A stretch of DNA of 10,984 nucleotides from Candidatus Binatia bacterium (GCA_963664395.2 CAXXIS010000010.1:1-10984); one strand, 5' to 3'. Positions 1-7,955 are shown, counted from the first letter of the stretch. The notes: a model not told the origin generated them from the letters alone. Made by a program: numbers and translations.

Positions 1-157
1 GGTCGAAGAAGACGAGTCATTAGCTCAGGCGTACGGCGAGGTCGCCGATATCGATAAAAGCGTTGATAACGAGATTGATGCGGCCCTGAGCCAGAGCAAT
101 GCTACGGCGAATGATTCCCTGGCCGCGCTCAAGGCCAAGATGGGGATTTCGGCATAG
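1..157 (+). CDS. pspA: PspA/IM30 (ESCRT-III-like) family protein, C-terminal fragment (5' end outside window)
   Basis: Not in the ORF track. Frame +2 reads VEEDESLAQAYGEVADIDKSVDNEIDAALSQSNATANDSLAALKAKMGISA*, with TAG at 155-157. The helical ending 'LAALKAKMG' is typical of PspA/IM30 C-termini, and the DUF4178/DUF350/speE neighbourhood fits. Confidence 0.85.
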   Translation, partial: VEEDESLAQAYGEVADIDKSVDNEIDAALSQSNATANDSLAALKAKMGISA

Positions 158-166
158 CCCAACTCT

Positions 167-207
167 ATCCCCTCCTCTCGGAGGGGTGGCCGCAGCCGGG
201 GTGGGTT
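167..207. repeat. REP-like palindromic element, single arm (CCCCTCC..GGAGGGG / GGGGTGGGTT family)
   Basis: ATCCCCTCCTCTCGGAGGGGTGGCCGCAGCCGGGGTGGGTT contains two small hairpins and closely resembles 4178-4218. Confidence 0.8.
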
Positions 208-281
208 CCTCATTGGCACTACGCCCGAATTAGGACCAGCCCTTCGAGGAATATACTTTTCGAGTGAGTAGAGGAGCCCCT

Positions 282-833
282 ATGTCTCTGTGGCAAAAAC
301 TCTTTGGAAAGAAGGACGAGCAAGCGGCCCTCGATCCGCTCAGGGATTTAACCCTCTCGAACCTGAAAGTCGGCTATCTGGTCGATTATGACCTCAAGAC
401 CTGGGAGGTCAAAAGTCAGAGCAGCTACACCTTTGACGACACCGAGAGCCAAGAGTGGGAACTCGATGCCGGAGACGACTCGTGCTTCCTTGAACGCGAA
501 GAGGACGATGCAGTCGAATGGAACATCTCACGCAAAATAGATTTTTCAGCCCTGGGTCAAGGCGTGCGAACGCATGTCAGACAGCATGACGATCCGCCTG
601 AGGAAATCGAATATCAAGGCATACGTTTTCGGTTAGCCGAAAGTGGCGCCGGCCATTATCACCCCAACGGGCGGGTTGCCGGCGATGAGATGATCTATTG
701 GGATTATACCGACGCCTCGGAAGACAACACCCTGACCATCGAACAGTGGGACGAAAACGAGTTTGAAGCCGCGGTCGGCAAATACGTCAACGAGTACGAG
801 TTCTCCCATATTCTGCCACGAGAACAGTCGTGA
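282..833 (+). CDS. DUF4178-like domain protein (very acidic)
   Basis: ATG at 282 is preceded by GAGGAG (271-276). The pattern 'L.VG..VDYDLKTWEV', 'EW.LD.G....FLE.E.DD', 'Y.G..F.L.ESG', 'YWDY', 'IEQW.E.EFEAAVG' matches DUF4178 proteins found downstream of pspA. Confidence 0.75.
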   Translation: MSLWQKLFGKKDEQAALDPLRDLTLSNLKVGYLVDYDLKTWEVKSQSSYTFDDTESQEWELDAGDDSCFLEREEDDAVEWNISRKIDFSALGQGVRTHVRQHDDPPEEIEYQGIRFRLAESGAGHYHPNGRVAGDEMIYWDYTDASEDNTLTIEQWDENEFEAAVGKYVNEYEFSHILPREQS

Positions 834-846
834 AGCCTGCCCTACT

Positions 847-2377
847 CTAATACACCTCCCACCTACCCTGCCGATAATACGACTGTAAAACAGGCTGGCT
901 CTCCCGATTCACCTCAATCTCGCCTTCGTCCCGAAAGACACCCTTCCCGAAATGTACCATCGCAATCATTGCGTCCTGGTTGAGAAAGCGTGTCTCAACC
1001 TCTTGAAAAGATAGCTCTTGTACGGTTTCCTTCAGGGCCGCAGCCTCAAGCAGTTCAACATCCACCCCCAGCACAAATCCCCACTCGCCCAGCGTCGGGA
1101 CATGGTTGTGGTAGGGCAAAACGCTGAAACCGGCTTCCTGTATGGTTTTCTGAATACACACAAAAGCCTGACGGCTGAAAAACGGGCTGGTCGCCTGCGT
1201 GACCAGAGTGCCGCCCCGTTTGAGATGCTTCTTGCACAGGCGATAGAAGTTGAGCGAATACAGCCGGGCCAGTTCCACGGAGTTGGGGTCGGGCAGATCA
1301 ATGATAATCACGTCGAATAAATGCGACGTGTCCTGGAGAAAGGAAAAGGCATCCGCATTGACAACGGACACCCGGGAATCGCCTAAGGCGTGGTCATTGA
1401 GTTGCAGGAAGACCGGATGGGTGGCGGCCAGGGTTGTCATCTCCGGGTCGAGATCGACCAGGGTCACGGCTTTGACCTGGGAGTATTTGAGCACCTCCCG
1501 CACGGCCAAACCATCACCCCCGCCGAGAATGAGCACCTCTGCTCGATTGCCGGCCAAAGCCAAGGCCGGATGGACGAGCGGTTCGTGGTAGCGCTCTTCG
1601 TCATAGCTGCTGAACTGCTGGTTGCCGTTGATATAGAGCCAGTAGTCATTCCGCCAGCGCGTCATCACCAGCCGCTGATAGGGCGTTTGTCTGACCAGGA
1701 TTAACCGTGTCTTTATACAGGGCCTGCTCACCAAACAGGATAATTGGTTCCGCCAACACAAACAGTCCGATAATCGCCGCTCCAACAACAGCCCACACGC
1801 CACTCAGCAGTCGGGGTGCGCTGAGTAAAGACCGAAAACGAAACAAAAAGAGCGAGGCAACACCAAAGTTCACTGCGCCAAGAGCCACCGGAGTATACGT
1901 CAGGCCCAAATACGGCAGGCCCACAAAGGCAAAGAAAAGCCCCCCAATGAGCGCACCGTAATAATCTTTCTCCATCACAGCAGAGATGTTGACCCGGAGT
2001 TCTTCATACCCGGCATTGACCCGCGTAATGAGCGGAATCTCCATCCCGATCAGCAGGCCAATGGCTATGCCGAGTGGGTAAATCACCACGCCAGCGTTAG
2101 TGAGAAAAGGAGACAGGACGTAGGCTGAGGCCGCGGCGCTCGCACACAGCAGGGACAGGGAGAACTCAAGAACGGTAAAGGTGTCCAGTAGATTCGCGCT
2201 GCAATAACGACTCAGATGGCTGCCCAGGCCCATGGCAAACAGCATGAGCGACATCATCAACGTCCATTGCAGGACGGCATTCCCCAAAAAATAGGTCGCA
2301 AGCGTGCACAGCACAAACTCGGCGACTATGCCCGCGCACCCGGTGGCGAACAGGCAGAGTTTGAGCAGGCTAGAGAC
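847..2377 (-). pseudogene. speE: Membrane-anchored polyamine aminopropyltransferase (spermidine synthase-like, N-terminal multi-TM domain), frameshifted
   Basis: The TM half lies in ORF 1646..2452 (LKLCLFATGCAGIVAEF...EPIILFGEQALYKDTV). The catalytic half lies in ORF 847..1803 (QTPYQRL, INGNQQFSSYDEERYHEPLVHP, LILGGGDGLAVREVL, VDLDP, DVIIIDLPDP). Removing one base from TTAA at 1701-1704 joins them into a protein of about 510 aa. The start position is uncertain. Confidence 0.88.
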
Positions 2378-3215
2378 ACCAAGTGATGAGAAAGGACGCA
2401 CCAATATAGGAGAACATCTCGATGTAGGCCGCACCGAGATTGGGTTGTTCATGTTCGACCAGCTCAGCCGTTATGCGTGTTCCGGGCAGCAGTATTTTAT
2501 CGGTGGCCAGACGAACGAGAGGCAGCATCACCAGGCCGGCGAAAGCCAGCGCCCCGAACATCGGCAGATTGGCCTGCCATGAAAAGAAATCCGCACTGAC
2601 CGCATAGCGCAAGACGTTTCCCATGCTCAGCAGTGCGCCGGCAAAACTGACCCCAACGGCAACGTTACCCTTTTCAATCTCGGCGTGAATGCTGTAGGGC
2701 GTAATCCACTCATACACCAGACCCGTCAGAACAAGCGCGACCTGACCGAGCGCCCAAAAACCGATAGCAGTCCAGAGCGACCCGCCTTCGCCCGATATCG
2801 CGCCAAAGAGGATGAATCCGGTCGCGGCATACACGCCACCTACCGTAACGCCGGTCCCGATGTTGCGGTCCTGAATAATCTCTTTGCTGATGCGGAATTG
2901 AAAGAGAATCAAGCGATCACTGACCAGCGTTGAGACGTTCAGCAGAACAATGGCCAGCAATCCGTACAGAAACAGGTCAAGCAGATCATCAACCAGCCCG
3001 CCGGACTCGCCCACGATGGAGCCGCCGATGGCGAAGATGAGCCCCGAGTAATAGCCCACTAAAGCCAGGGCCAGAGCCGTATTTTTCTTCGCGATCAATT
3101 CCTCATGAACGTGGAAGTCGCGATGGATAAGATTGAAAATGGCCGTGCCGACCCAGAACAACACATAGGCGCAGGCGAGATAGATAATGGCCAGAGTGAC
3201 AGTATCGAGCGTCAT
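2370..3215 (-). CDS. DUF350 domain membrane protein (tandem domains, about 8 TM helices)
   Basis: 281 aa, hydrophobic, with repeated motifs EELIAKKNTALAL / KEIIQDRNIGTG / AEIEKGNVAVGV / AELVEHEQPNLGAA that are characteristic of DUF350. It sits in its usual position upstream of speE. Confidence 0.85.
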   Translation of the reverse strand: MTLDTVTLAIIYLACAYVLFWVGTAIFNLIHRDFHVHEELIAKKNTALALALVGYYSGLIFAIGGSIVGESGGLVDDLLDLFLYGLLAIVLLNVSTLVSDRLILFQFRISKEIIQDRNIGTGVTVGGVYAATGFILFGAISGEGGSLWTAIGFWALGQVALVLTGLVYEWITPYSIHAEIEKGNVAVGVSFAGALLSMGNVLRYAVSADFFSWQANLPMFGALAFAGLVMLPLVRLATDKILLPGTRITAELVEHEQPNLGAAYIEMFSYIGASFLITWCL

Positions 3216-3230
3216 GACCTATCCATATGC

Positions 3231-3962
3231 TTATTTGCCAAACCCGAAGCCGCGCGACCGGACGGGCACACTACTCCGGCCCAGGCGATTATTGAACTTC
3301 TGCCGAAAGCGTTGTTGTTTGAGCGCATCTCTGGAGCGGCGGCGGGCGAAAAAGGACGATTTCTTCTGCTGCGTGACTGTGCCCCGCGTCCCATACTCTT
3401 TTCCCGTCCGGCCATAGTACGGCCGTTGCTGCGAGCGCGAGCGTTGATAGGAATCATAGTCATTCCGAAAGATGGAGCCGCGGCCAACCCCGAGCAGGTC
3501 GCGCATGAGCGCGTATTGGCCGTAAAACGCCCAGAACGACGTGCCGCTGCTATTGGTCTGCCACGAGCCGTAGCGCGAATTGCCAACGTAGTCATAGCCG
3601 GGCGGATGAGGGACATTGTTCTCGCCGCCAGGTGTTTTGGAGGCCAGCGTCATGCCCAGAAAATTCTCATTGGCACGATAAAAAGATTCCGGCACTTGCA
3701 ACCAGTCGGTTGTCCAGGAGTTTTTTCCTTGGACAACTTGATACTGATGAAAATACGAAGAGAAAAATGTTCCCTCCTCGCGCATATCGTCAAGGGTAAT
3801 GGCGTATTCCGGTACAGAGGCAAGCTGGGACTTCAGCCGGTCAAGCGGGTTGCCAGAGGAGCAAGACGAGAGCAGCAAAGCGCAGCAGACAGCCAGCAGC
3901 AGGCAACCGCTCCAAGGCGACAGGCTCCGTCGTTGAAAGGCTATTCTTGTAGTCCGTCTCAT
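3231..3962 (-). CDS. Predicted lipoprotein of the PspA/DUF350/speE locus, with an aromatic/Gly-rich middle and a very basic tail
   Basis: Likely start is ATG at 3962 (MRRTTR...). Hydrophobic stretch ends in lipobox-like LLSSC. Motifs PPGYDYVGNSRYGSW and SFWAFYGQYA; tail ends RSRGFGFGK. Stop is 15 nt before the DUF350 start. Confidence 0.75.
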   Translation of the reverse strand: MRRTTRIAFQRRSLSPWSGCLLLAVCCALLLSSCSSGNPLDRLKSQLASVPEYAITLDDMREEGTFFSSYFHQYQVVQGKNSWTTDWLQVPESFYRANENFLGMTLASKTPGGENNVPHPPGYDYVGNSRYGSWQTNSSGTSFWAFYGQYALMRDLLGVGRGSIFRNDYDSYQRSRSQQRPYYGRTGKEYGTRGTVTQQKKSSFFARRRSRDALKQQRFRQKFNNRLGRSSVPVRSRGFGFGK

Positions 3963-3992
3963 CACCTTGCTCTGCGCATCCACAATAGGATA

Positions 3993-4021
3993 ACTGTGAA
4001 GTAACTTCCTCAGGCTGTCAA
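3993..4021 (-). promoter_or_regulatory. Putative sigma70 promoter for the lipoprotein-DUF350-speE block
   Basis: Minus strand: perfect TTGACA (4021-4016), 17-nt spacer, weak -10 CACAGT (3998-3993), 30 nt upstream of ATG 3962. Confidence 0.5.
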
Positions 4022-4125
4022 GCAAGACGGTCTAGCGTTCTGTTCCCTCGCCCCTGGAACGTATGATGCAAATACCGTGAAGTGTCGCAAGTCGAAAACG
4101 GGACCGGAGGTGCCGGAGCTAGCGG

Positions 4126-4218
4126 AACCCACCCCGCCGCTGACGCGGCACCCCTCCAAGGAGGGGATAGGAAAAATTCCCCTCTTGGGAGGGGTGGCCC
4201 GAAGGGCCGGGGTGGGTT
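4126..4218. repeat. REP doublet / REPIN-like inverted repeat
   Basis: AACCCACCCC...CACCCCTCCAAGGAGGGGA (4126-4167) and TCCCCTCTTGGGAGGGGTG...GGGGTGGGTT (4178-4218) are inverted arms with a perfect 10-bp terminal inverted repeat. Same family as 167-207. Confidence 0.85.
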
Positions 4219-4274
4219 GCCCCCTACCCGCGGCAACAGCACGTCGAGAGTATGTTCATGTACATCACACGTCT

Positions 4275-4297
4275 GGAAGGAGGGCAGGGGTGAGGGG
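4275..4297. repeat. Partial REP-like element (GGAGGG..GGGTGAGGGG type)
   Basis: GGAAGGAGGGCAGGGGTGAGGGG resembles half of the common CCCCTCACCC..CCCTCTCC intergenic repeat. No partner arm is visible. Confidence 0.4.
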
Positions 4298-4397
4298 ACG
4301 ATGCAGGGTGAGCTATGACCCGCCGCCATCAACCTGTCCAACGCGCCCCCCACGACCCTGCTTGCATGCCGAGCCGCTCTCAGCGACAACAGACGGA

Positions 4398-7300
4398 ATG
4401 CCTGGAACAAACACAAAGCTCACAACGGCAGTCGAAACCTACCTGACCGACCTGCAACAGATACGAGCCTCCGGTGGGGCAACCGGCGAGCGATCCTATT
4501 ATGGGCCACTGGAAAATCTGCTGAACGCCGTCGGCAATGCCCTCAAACCTAAAGTGATCTGTGTCGGCGAACTCGCCGACCAGGGTGCCGGTCATCCCGA
4601 CTTCGGGTTGTATGCAGCCAAGCAATTACAAAAAAACCAACCCAAGGAGGGTCAAGTCCCGGAACGTGGTGTGGTTGAGGTCAAGTCCGCCAGTGACGAC
4701 GCCTGGCTGACCGCAGCGTCCGCCCAAGTCAGCCGGTATTGGGAGCGTTACCGGCTGGTGCTGGTCACCAACACACGCGATTTCGTCCTGGTGGGTGAAG
4801 ACACTGCTGGTCATCCGACCACACTCGAAATCTTTCGGCTGGCTGACAACGCCGAAGACTTTGTACGACGTTTAGAAACACCGCGCACCTTTGCCCGTGC
4901 CGTCGGCGCCGGGCTCGGAGAATATCTCTGTCGTGCCCTGTCACACCAGGCCGCCCTGACCGAGCCGAAAGACCTGGCCTGGCTGCTGGCGTCCTACGCC
5001 CGCGACGGACTGGCACGGGTCGAGGCAGCAGGAGACGACGCCCCGTCGCTTACCGCCGTGCGCTCGGCGTTGGAGGAGGCACTCGGGGTCCGTTTCGAGG
5101 GCGACAAAGGAACGCGCTTCTTCCATTCAACCCTGGTGCAGACGCTCTTCTACGGGGTGTTCTCCGCCTGGGTATTGTGGGCACGGCAAGTGCCGTCGCC
5201 GAGGGGGACGTTCAACTGGCATGAAGCCGTGTGGCATCTGCGTGCGCCGGTGCTACGAGCCTTGTTCCAGCAGATTTCCGACCCCGGCCGCCTGCAACCG
5301 CTCGGTCTGGTCGAAGTCCTGGACTGGACCGCTGCGGCCCTCAACCGCGTGGACCGCACGACCTTCTTCGCCCGCTTCAACGAAGGCGACGCCGTGCCCT
5401 ATTTCTATGAACCCTTCCTCGAAGCCTTTGATCCCGAACTCCGCAAACAACTCGGCGTGTGGTACACGCCCACCGAAGTAGTCCGCTACATGGTCGCTCG
5501 CGTGGACAAGGCGCTCAAAGACGACTTGGCTATCCCGGACGGGTTGGCTGCGGACAACGTCTATGTCTTGGACCCGTGTTGCGGGACCGGGGCGTATCTG
5601 GCCGAAGTGTTGCGCCGCATTGCCGTAAATCTCACTGGCAAAGGCATGGGCGCCCTTGCTGGCGCGCGGGTCAAACAGGCTGCCATCAACCGGGTGTTCG
5701 GCTTCGAGATTATGCCCGCCCCGTTTGTGGTGGCGCATTTGCAAGTCGGCCTGACCATGCAGGACTTGGACGCGCCCTTGGCGGACGATGGCAATGAGCG
5801 CGCCGGCGTCTTCCTCACTAATGCCCTGACCGGTTGGGAACCCCACACCACCAAGCCGCTCCCCTTCCCCGAGTTAGAAGAAGAACGCGACCGAGCCGAG
5901 CGGGTCAAGCAGAATACACCGATTCTCGTGATTCTGGGCAACCCGCCCTACAACGGCTATGCCGGCATGGCCGTAGACGAAGAGCGGGTACTGTCGGAAG
6001 CCTACCGGGTGACCAAGCGGGTACGGAAACCTGAAGGCCAAGGCTTGAACGATCTGTATGTGCGCTTCTTCCGCATGGCCGAACGACGGATTGTCGAGAA
6101 GACGGGCCAAGGGGTGGTATGTTTTATCTCCAACTATTCGTGGCTGGATGGGTTGTCGTTCACGGGGATGCGGGAGCGGTATCTGGAAGCATTTGACGCC
6201 ATTCGGATTGATTGTCTCAATGGCGACAAGTACAAGACCGGTAAGACCACCCCGGACGGGATGCCCGACCCGAGCATTTTTTCCACGCCAAGCGACCCGG
6301 TGGGGATTCAGGTGGGGACGGCTATCACGACCTTGGTCCGCAAGGCGGATCATGTGCCAGCCGAAACCATCGGCTTTCGGCATTTGTGGGGGCAGGCGAA
6401 GAGGGAAGAACTATTGGAGACGGCGGAGGCGGAACCGGCGACGCTCTATGACGGCATTGAACCGGTGTTGCCGCTCGGTCTGCCGTTCGTGCAAACAGCA
6501 GTGAGTGAGGGCTGGTTCGACTGGCCGGCGCTGCCCGAGCTGTTTCCGGTTTCGTTTCCCGGCGTGAAGACCAGCCACGACGGGTTCCTTGTTGATGTCG
6601 ATCTTGAGCGGCTCAATGCGCGGACCGGCGATTACTTTACTGCGGACTCGAGTCATGAGGAAATTGCACGGCGCTACCCGGGCGTGATGAAGACGACGGC
6701 TGGGTTCAATGCACGGTCCGTGCGAGACTCACTGCTCTCACGCGGCGGACCGACTGAGGCTGGCTTCATCCGTTTCGCCTACCGGCCGTTTGACAATCGG
6801 TGGTTGTATTGGGAAGCGGATATGGATCTGCTTGACCGTCCACGGCCGGATTATAGGTCACATGTGTTTGAGGAGAATGTGTGGCTGGTCTTACAGAATA
6901 AGGCGCGCCCCGACTTGTCGCCTCCGCTCATGATTTCAGACATCGGAGATCTCAATCAGATGAATAGCGGTGTGTACTGTGTCCCTGCATGGCTCAGAAA
7001 CGACGACCTCGGAAATGCTGGTAACAGCGCAGGCCGTCCCAATCTATCAGGTGCCGCCCAACGTTATCTCGAACACCTCGACTTGGGCGTAGAGGACCTG
7101 TTCCACCACGTCCTGGCCGTACTCCACGACCCCGCCTACCACGAGGCCAACGCGGGAGCACTCCGCATGGAAGGGCCACGTATCCCATTGCCCGACTGGC
7201 CCGATGGAGACGCCTCCGAGGCGGCTGAAATACTTGCCCGCTCTGCTACACGCGGACGCGAACTGGCCGCCCTGCTTGATCCCGACAACCCCGTCCCTGG

Positions 7301-7763
7301 CGTGACAACCGAAACCCTGCGCCCGGACATCGCCGCCATTGCCGTTCCCGCTACAGTGGACGGGCGCAACATGACCGGGGACGATTTCGCCCTGACCGCC
7401 GGATGGGGGCATTACGGAACGGGTGATGCCGTGATGCCGGGCCAAGGGCGGGTGGTTGAACGCGATTACACGGCGGAGGAACGCACCGCTCAGGGTGATG
7501 CTGTAGGCGTGCTCGGCCAGACCACGTTCGACATCTATCTGAACGGCAACGCTTACTGGCGTAACATCCCCGCTGCCGTCTGGCACTACAAGCTGGGCGG
7601 CTATCAGGTGCTCAAGAAATGGTTGTCGTATCGGGAACGGGGGGTGCTGGGACGGGCGTTGTTGCCGGAGGAAGTGTTGTATTTTGCGGAGGTGGCGCGG
7701 CGGATTGGGGCGATAGTGGTGGTAACTGATACGCCAGCGGTGTCGGATTACGCCTGCGGCTAA
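4398..7763 (+). CDS. Single-polypeptide restriction-modification enzyme (Type IIG-like: N-terminal nuclease, N6-adenine methyltransferase, Type ISP-like C-terminal specificity domain)
   Basis: 1121 aa from ATG 4398. Nuclease: GHPDF...VVEVKS (PD-ExK) and VLVTN. MTase: YEPFL...LGVWYTP, motif I VLDPCCGTGAYL, GFEI, motif IV ILGNPPY, DLYVRF. C-terminal domain: GVKTSHD, YRPFDNRWLY, PRIP, VWHYKLGGYQVLKKWLSYR. No helicase motifs seen. Confidence 0.9.
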   Translation: MPGTNTKLTTAVETYLTDLQQIRASGGATGERSYYGPLENLLNAVGNALKPKVICVGELADQGAGHPDFGLYAAKQLQKNQPKEGQVPERGVVEVKSASDDAWLTAASAQVSRYWERYRLVLVTNTRDFVLVGEDTAGHPTTLEIFRLADNAEDFVRRLETPRTFARAVGAGLGEYLCRALSHQAALTEPKDLAWLLASYARDGLARVEAAGDDAPSLTAVRSALEEALGVRFEGDKGTRFFHSTLVQTLFYGVFSAWVLWARQVPSPRGTFNWHEAVWHLRAPVLRALFQQISDPGRLQPLGLVEVLDWTAAALNRVDRTTFFARFNEGDAVPYFYEPFLEAFDPELRKQLGVWYTPTEVVRYMVARVDKALKDDLAIPDGLAADNVYVLDPCCGTGAYLAEVLRRIAVNLTGKGMGALAGARVKQAAINRVFGFEIMPAPFVVAHLQVGLTMQDLDAPLADDGNERAGVFLTNALTGWEPHTTKPLPFPELEEERDRAERVKQNTPILVILGNPPYNGYAGMAVDEERVLSEAYRVTKRVRKPEGQGLNDLYVRFFRMAERRIVEKTGQGVVCFISNYSWLDGLSFTGMRERYLEAFDAIRIDCLNGDKYKTGKTTPDGMPDPSIFSTPSDPVGIQVGTAITTLVRKADHVPAETIGFRHLWGQAKREELLETAEAEPATLYDGIEPVLPLGLPFVQTAVSEGWFDWPALPELFPVSFPGVKTSHDGFLVDVDLERLNARTGDYFTADSSHEEIARRYPGVMKTTAGFNARSVRDSLLSRGGPTEAGFIRFAYRPFDNRWLYWEADMDLLDRPRPDYRSHVFEENVWLVLQNKARPDLSPPLMISDIGDLNQMNSGVYCVPAWLRNDDLGNAGNSAGRPNLSGAAQRYLEHLDLGVEDLFHHVLAVLHDPAYHEANAGALRMEGPRIPLPDWPDGDASEAAEILARSATRGRELAALLDPDNPVPGVTTETLRPDIAAIAVPATVDGRNMTGDDFALTAGWGHYGTGDAVMPGQGRVVERDYTAEERTAQGDAVGVLGQTTFDIYLNGNAYWRNIPAAVWHYKLGGYQVLKKWLSYRERGVLGRALLPEEVLYFAEVARRIGAIVVVTDTPAVSDYACG

Positions 7764-7773
7764 TCCGACCTGC
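7742..7773. repeat. GTAG-type REP hairpin overlapping the R-M stop codon
   Basis: GTCGGATTA-CGCCTGCGGC-TAATCCGAC-CTGC forms a perfect 9-bp stem. A degenerate copy in the opposite orientation is at 7956-7986. Confidence 0.8.
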
Positions 7774-7820
7774 GGGGCTAGCGCGGTTTACGATAAATTG
7801 TAGCCATATCGCTCCGCCTT

Positions 7821-7939
7821 CGTCATGCCGGACTTGATCCGGCATCCAGGTGTCACCCTGATCGAAAAACAGAATCCGACGTGGCGTAACTTGTATGCCG
7901 CTCTCGTCTGACTGGATTCCTGCTTTCGCAGGAATGACG
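7821..7939. mobile_element. MITE/REPIN-like element with two palindromic arms
   Basis: Left arm CGTCATGCCGGACTTGATCCGGCATCCAG (7821-7849); right arm CTGGATTCCTGCTTTCGCAGGAATGACG (7912-7939). The ends CGTCAT/ATGACG and the inner ATCCAG/CTGGAT are complementary. No transposase in the window. Confidence 0.65.
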
Positions 7940-7944
7940 GGAAG
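7856..7944. repeat. 89-bp direct repeat, copy 1
   Basis: CCCTGATCGAAAAACAGAATCCGACGTGGCG...GGAATGACGGGAAG; 84 of 89 positions identical to 8574-8662 by manual alignment. Confidence 0.95.
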
Positions 7945-7955
7945 CGGACAGCCCC

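Noticed and set aside
25-219. 64-aa minus-strand ORF
   Set aside because: Antisense to the pspA tail and starts across a REP element.
3920-3962. Possible twin-arginine (Tat) signal on the lipoprotein (MRR..., QRRSL)
   Set aside because: Poor match to the S/T-R-R-x-F-L-K consensus. A basic n-region of a Sec lipoprotein signal explains it.
3105-4004. 299-aa plus-strand ORF and other long antisense ORFs (9002..9943, 5253..5846, 7047..7586, 10289..10927, 8068..8616)
   Set aside because: Shadow ORFs opposite well-supported genes in GC-rich DNA, with no recognisable motifs.
4038-4067. Plus-strand promoter for the R-M gene (TATGAT at 4062-4067)
   Set aside because: No convincing -35 at 16-18 nt, no extended -10, and it is more than 300 nt from the start codon.
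4077-4397. 107-aa N-terminal extension of the 1228-aa ORF
   Set aside because: Pro/Gly/Arg-rich translation of REP palindromes. Family-like sequence begins at ATG 4398.
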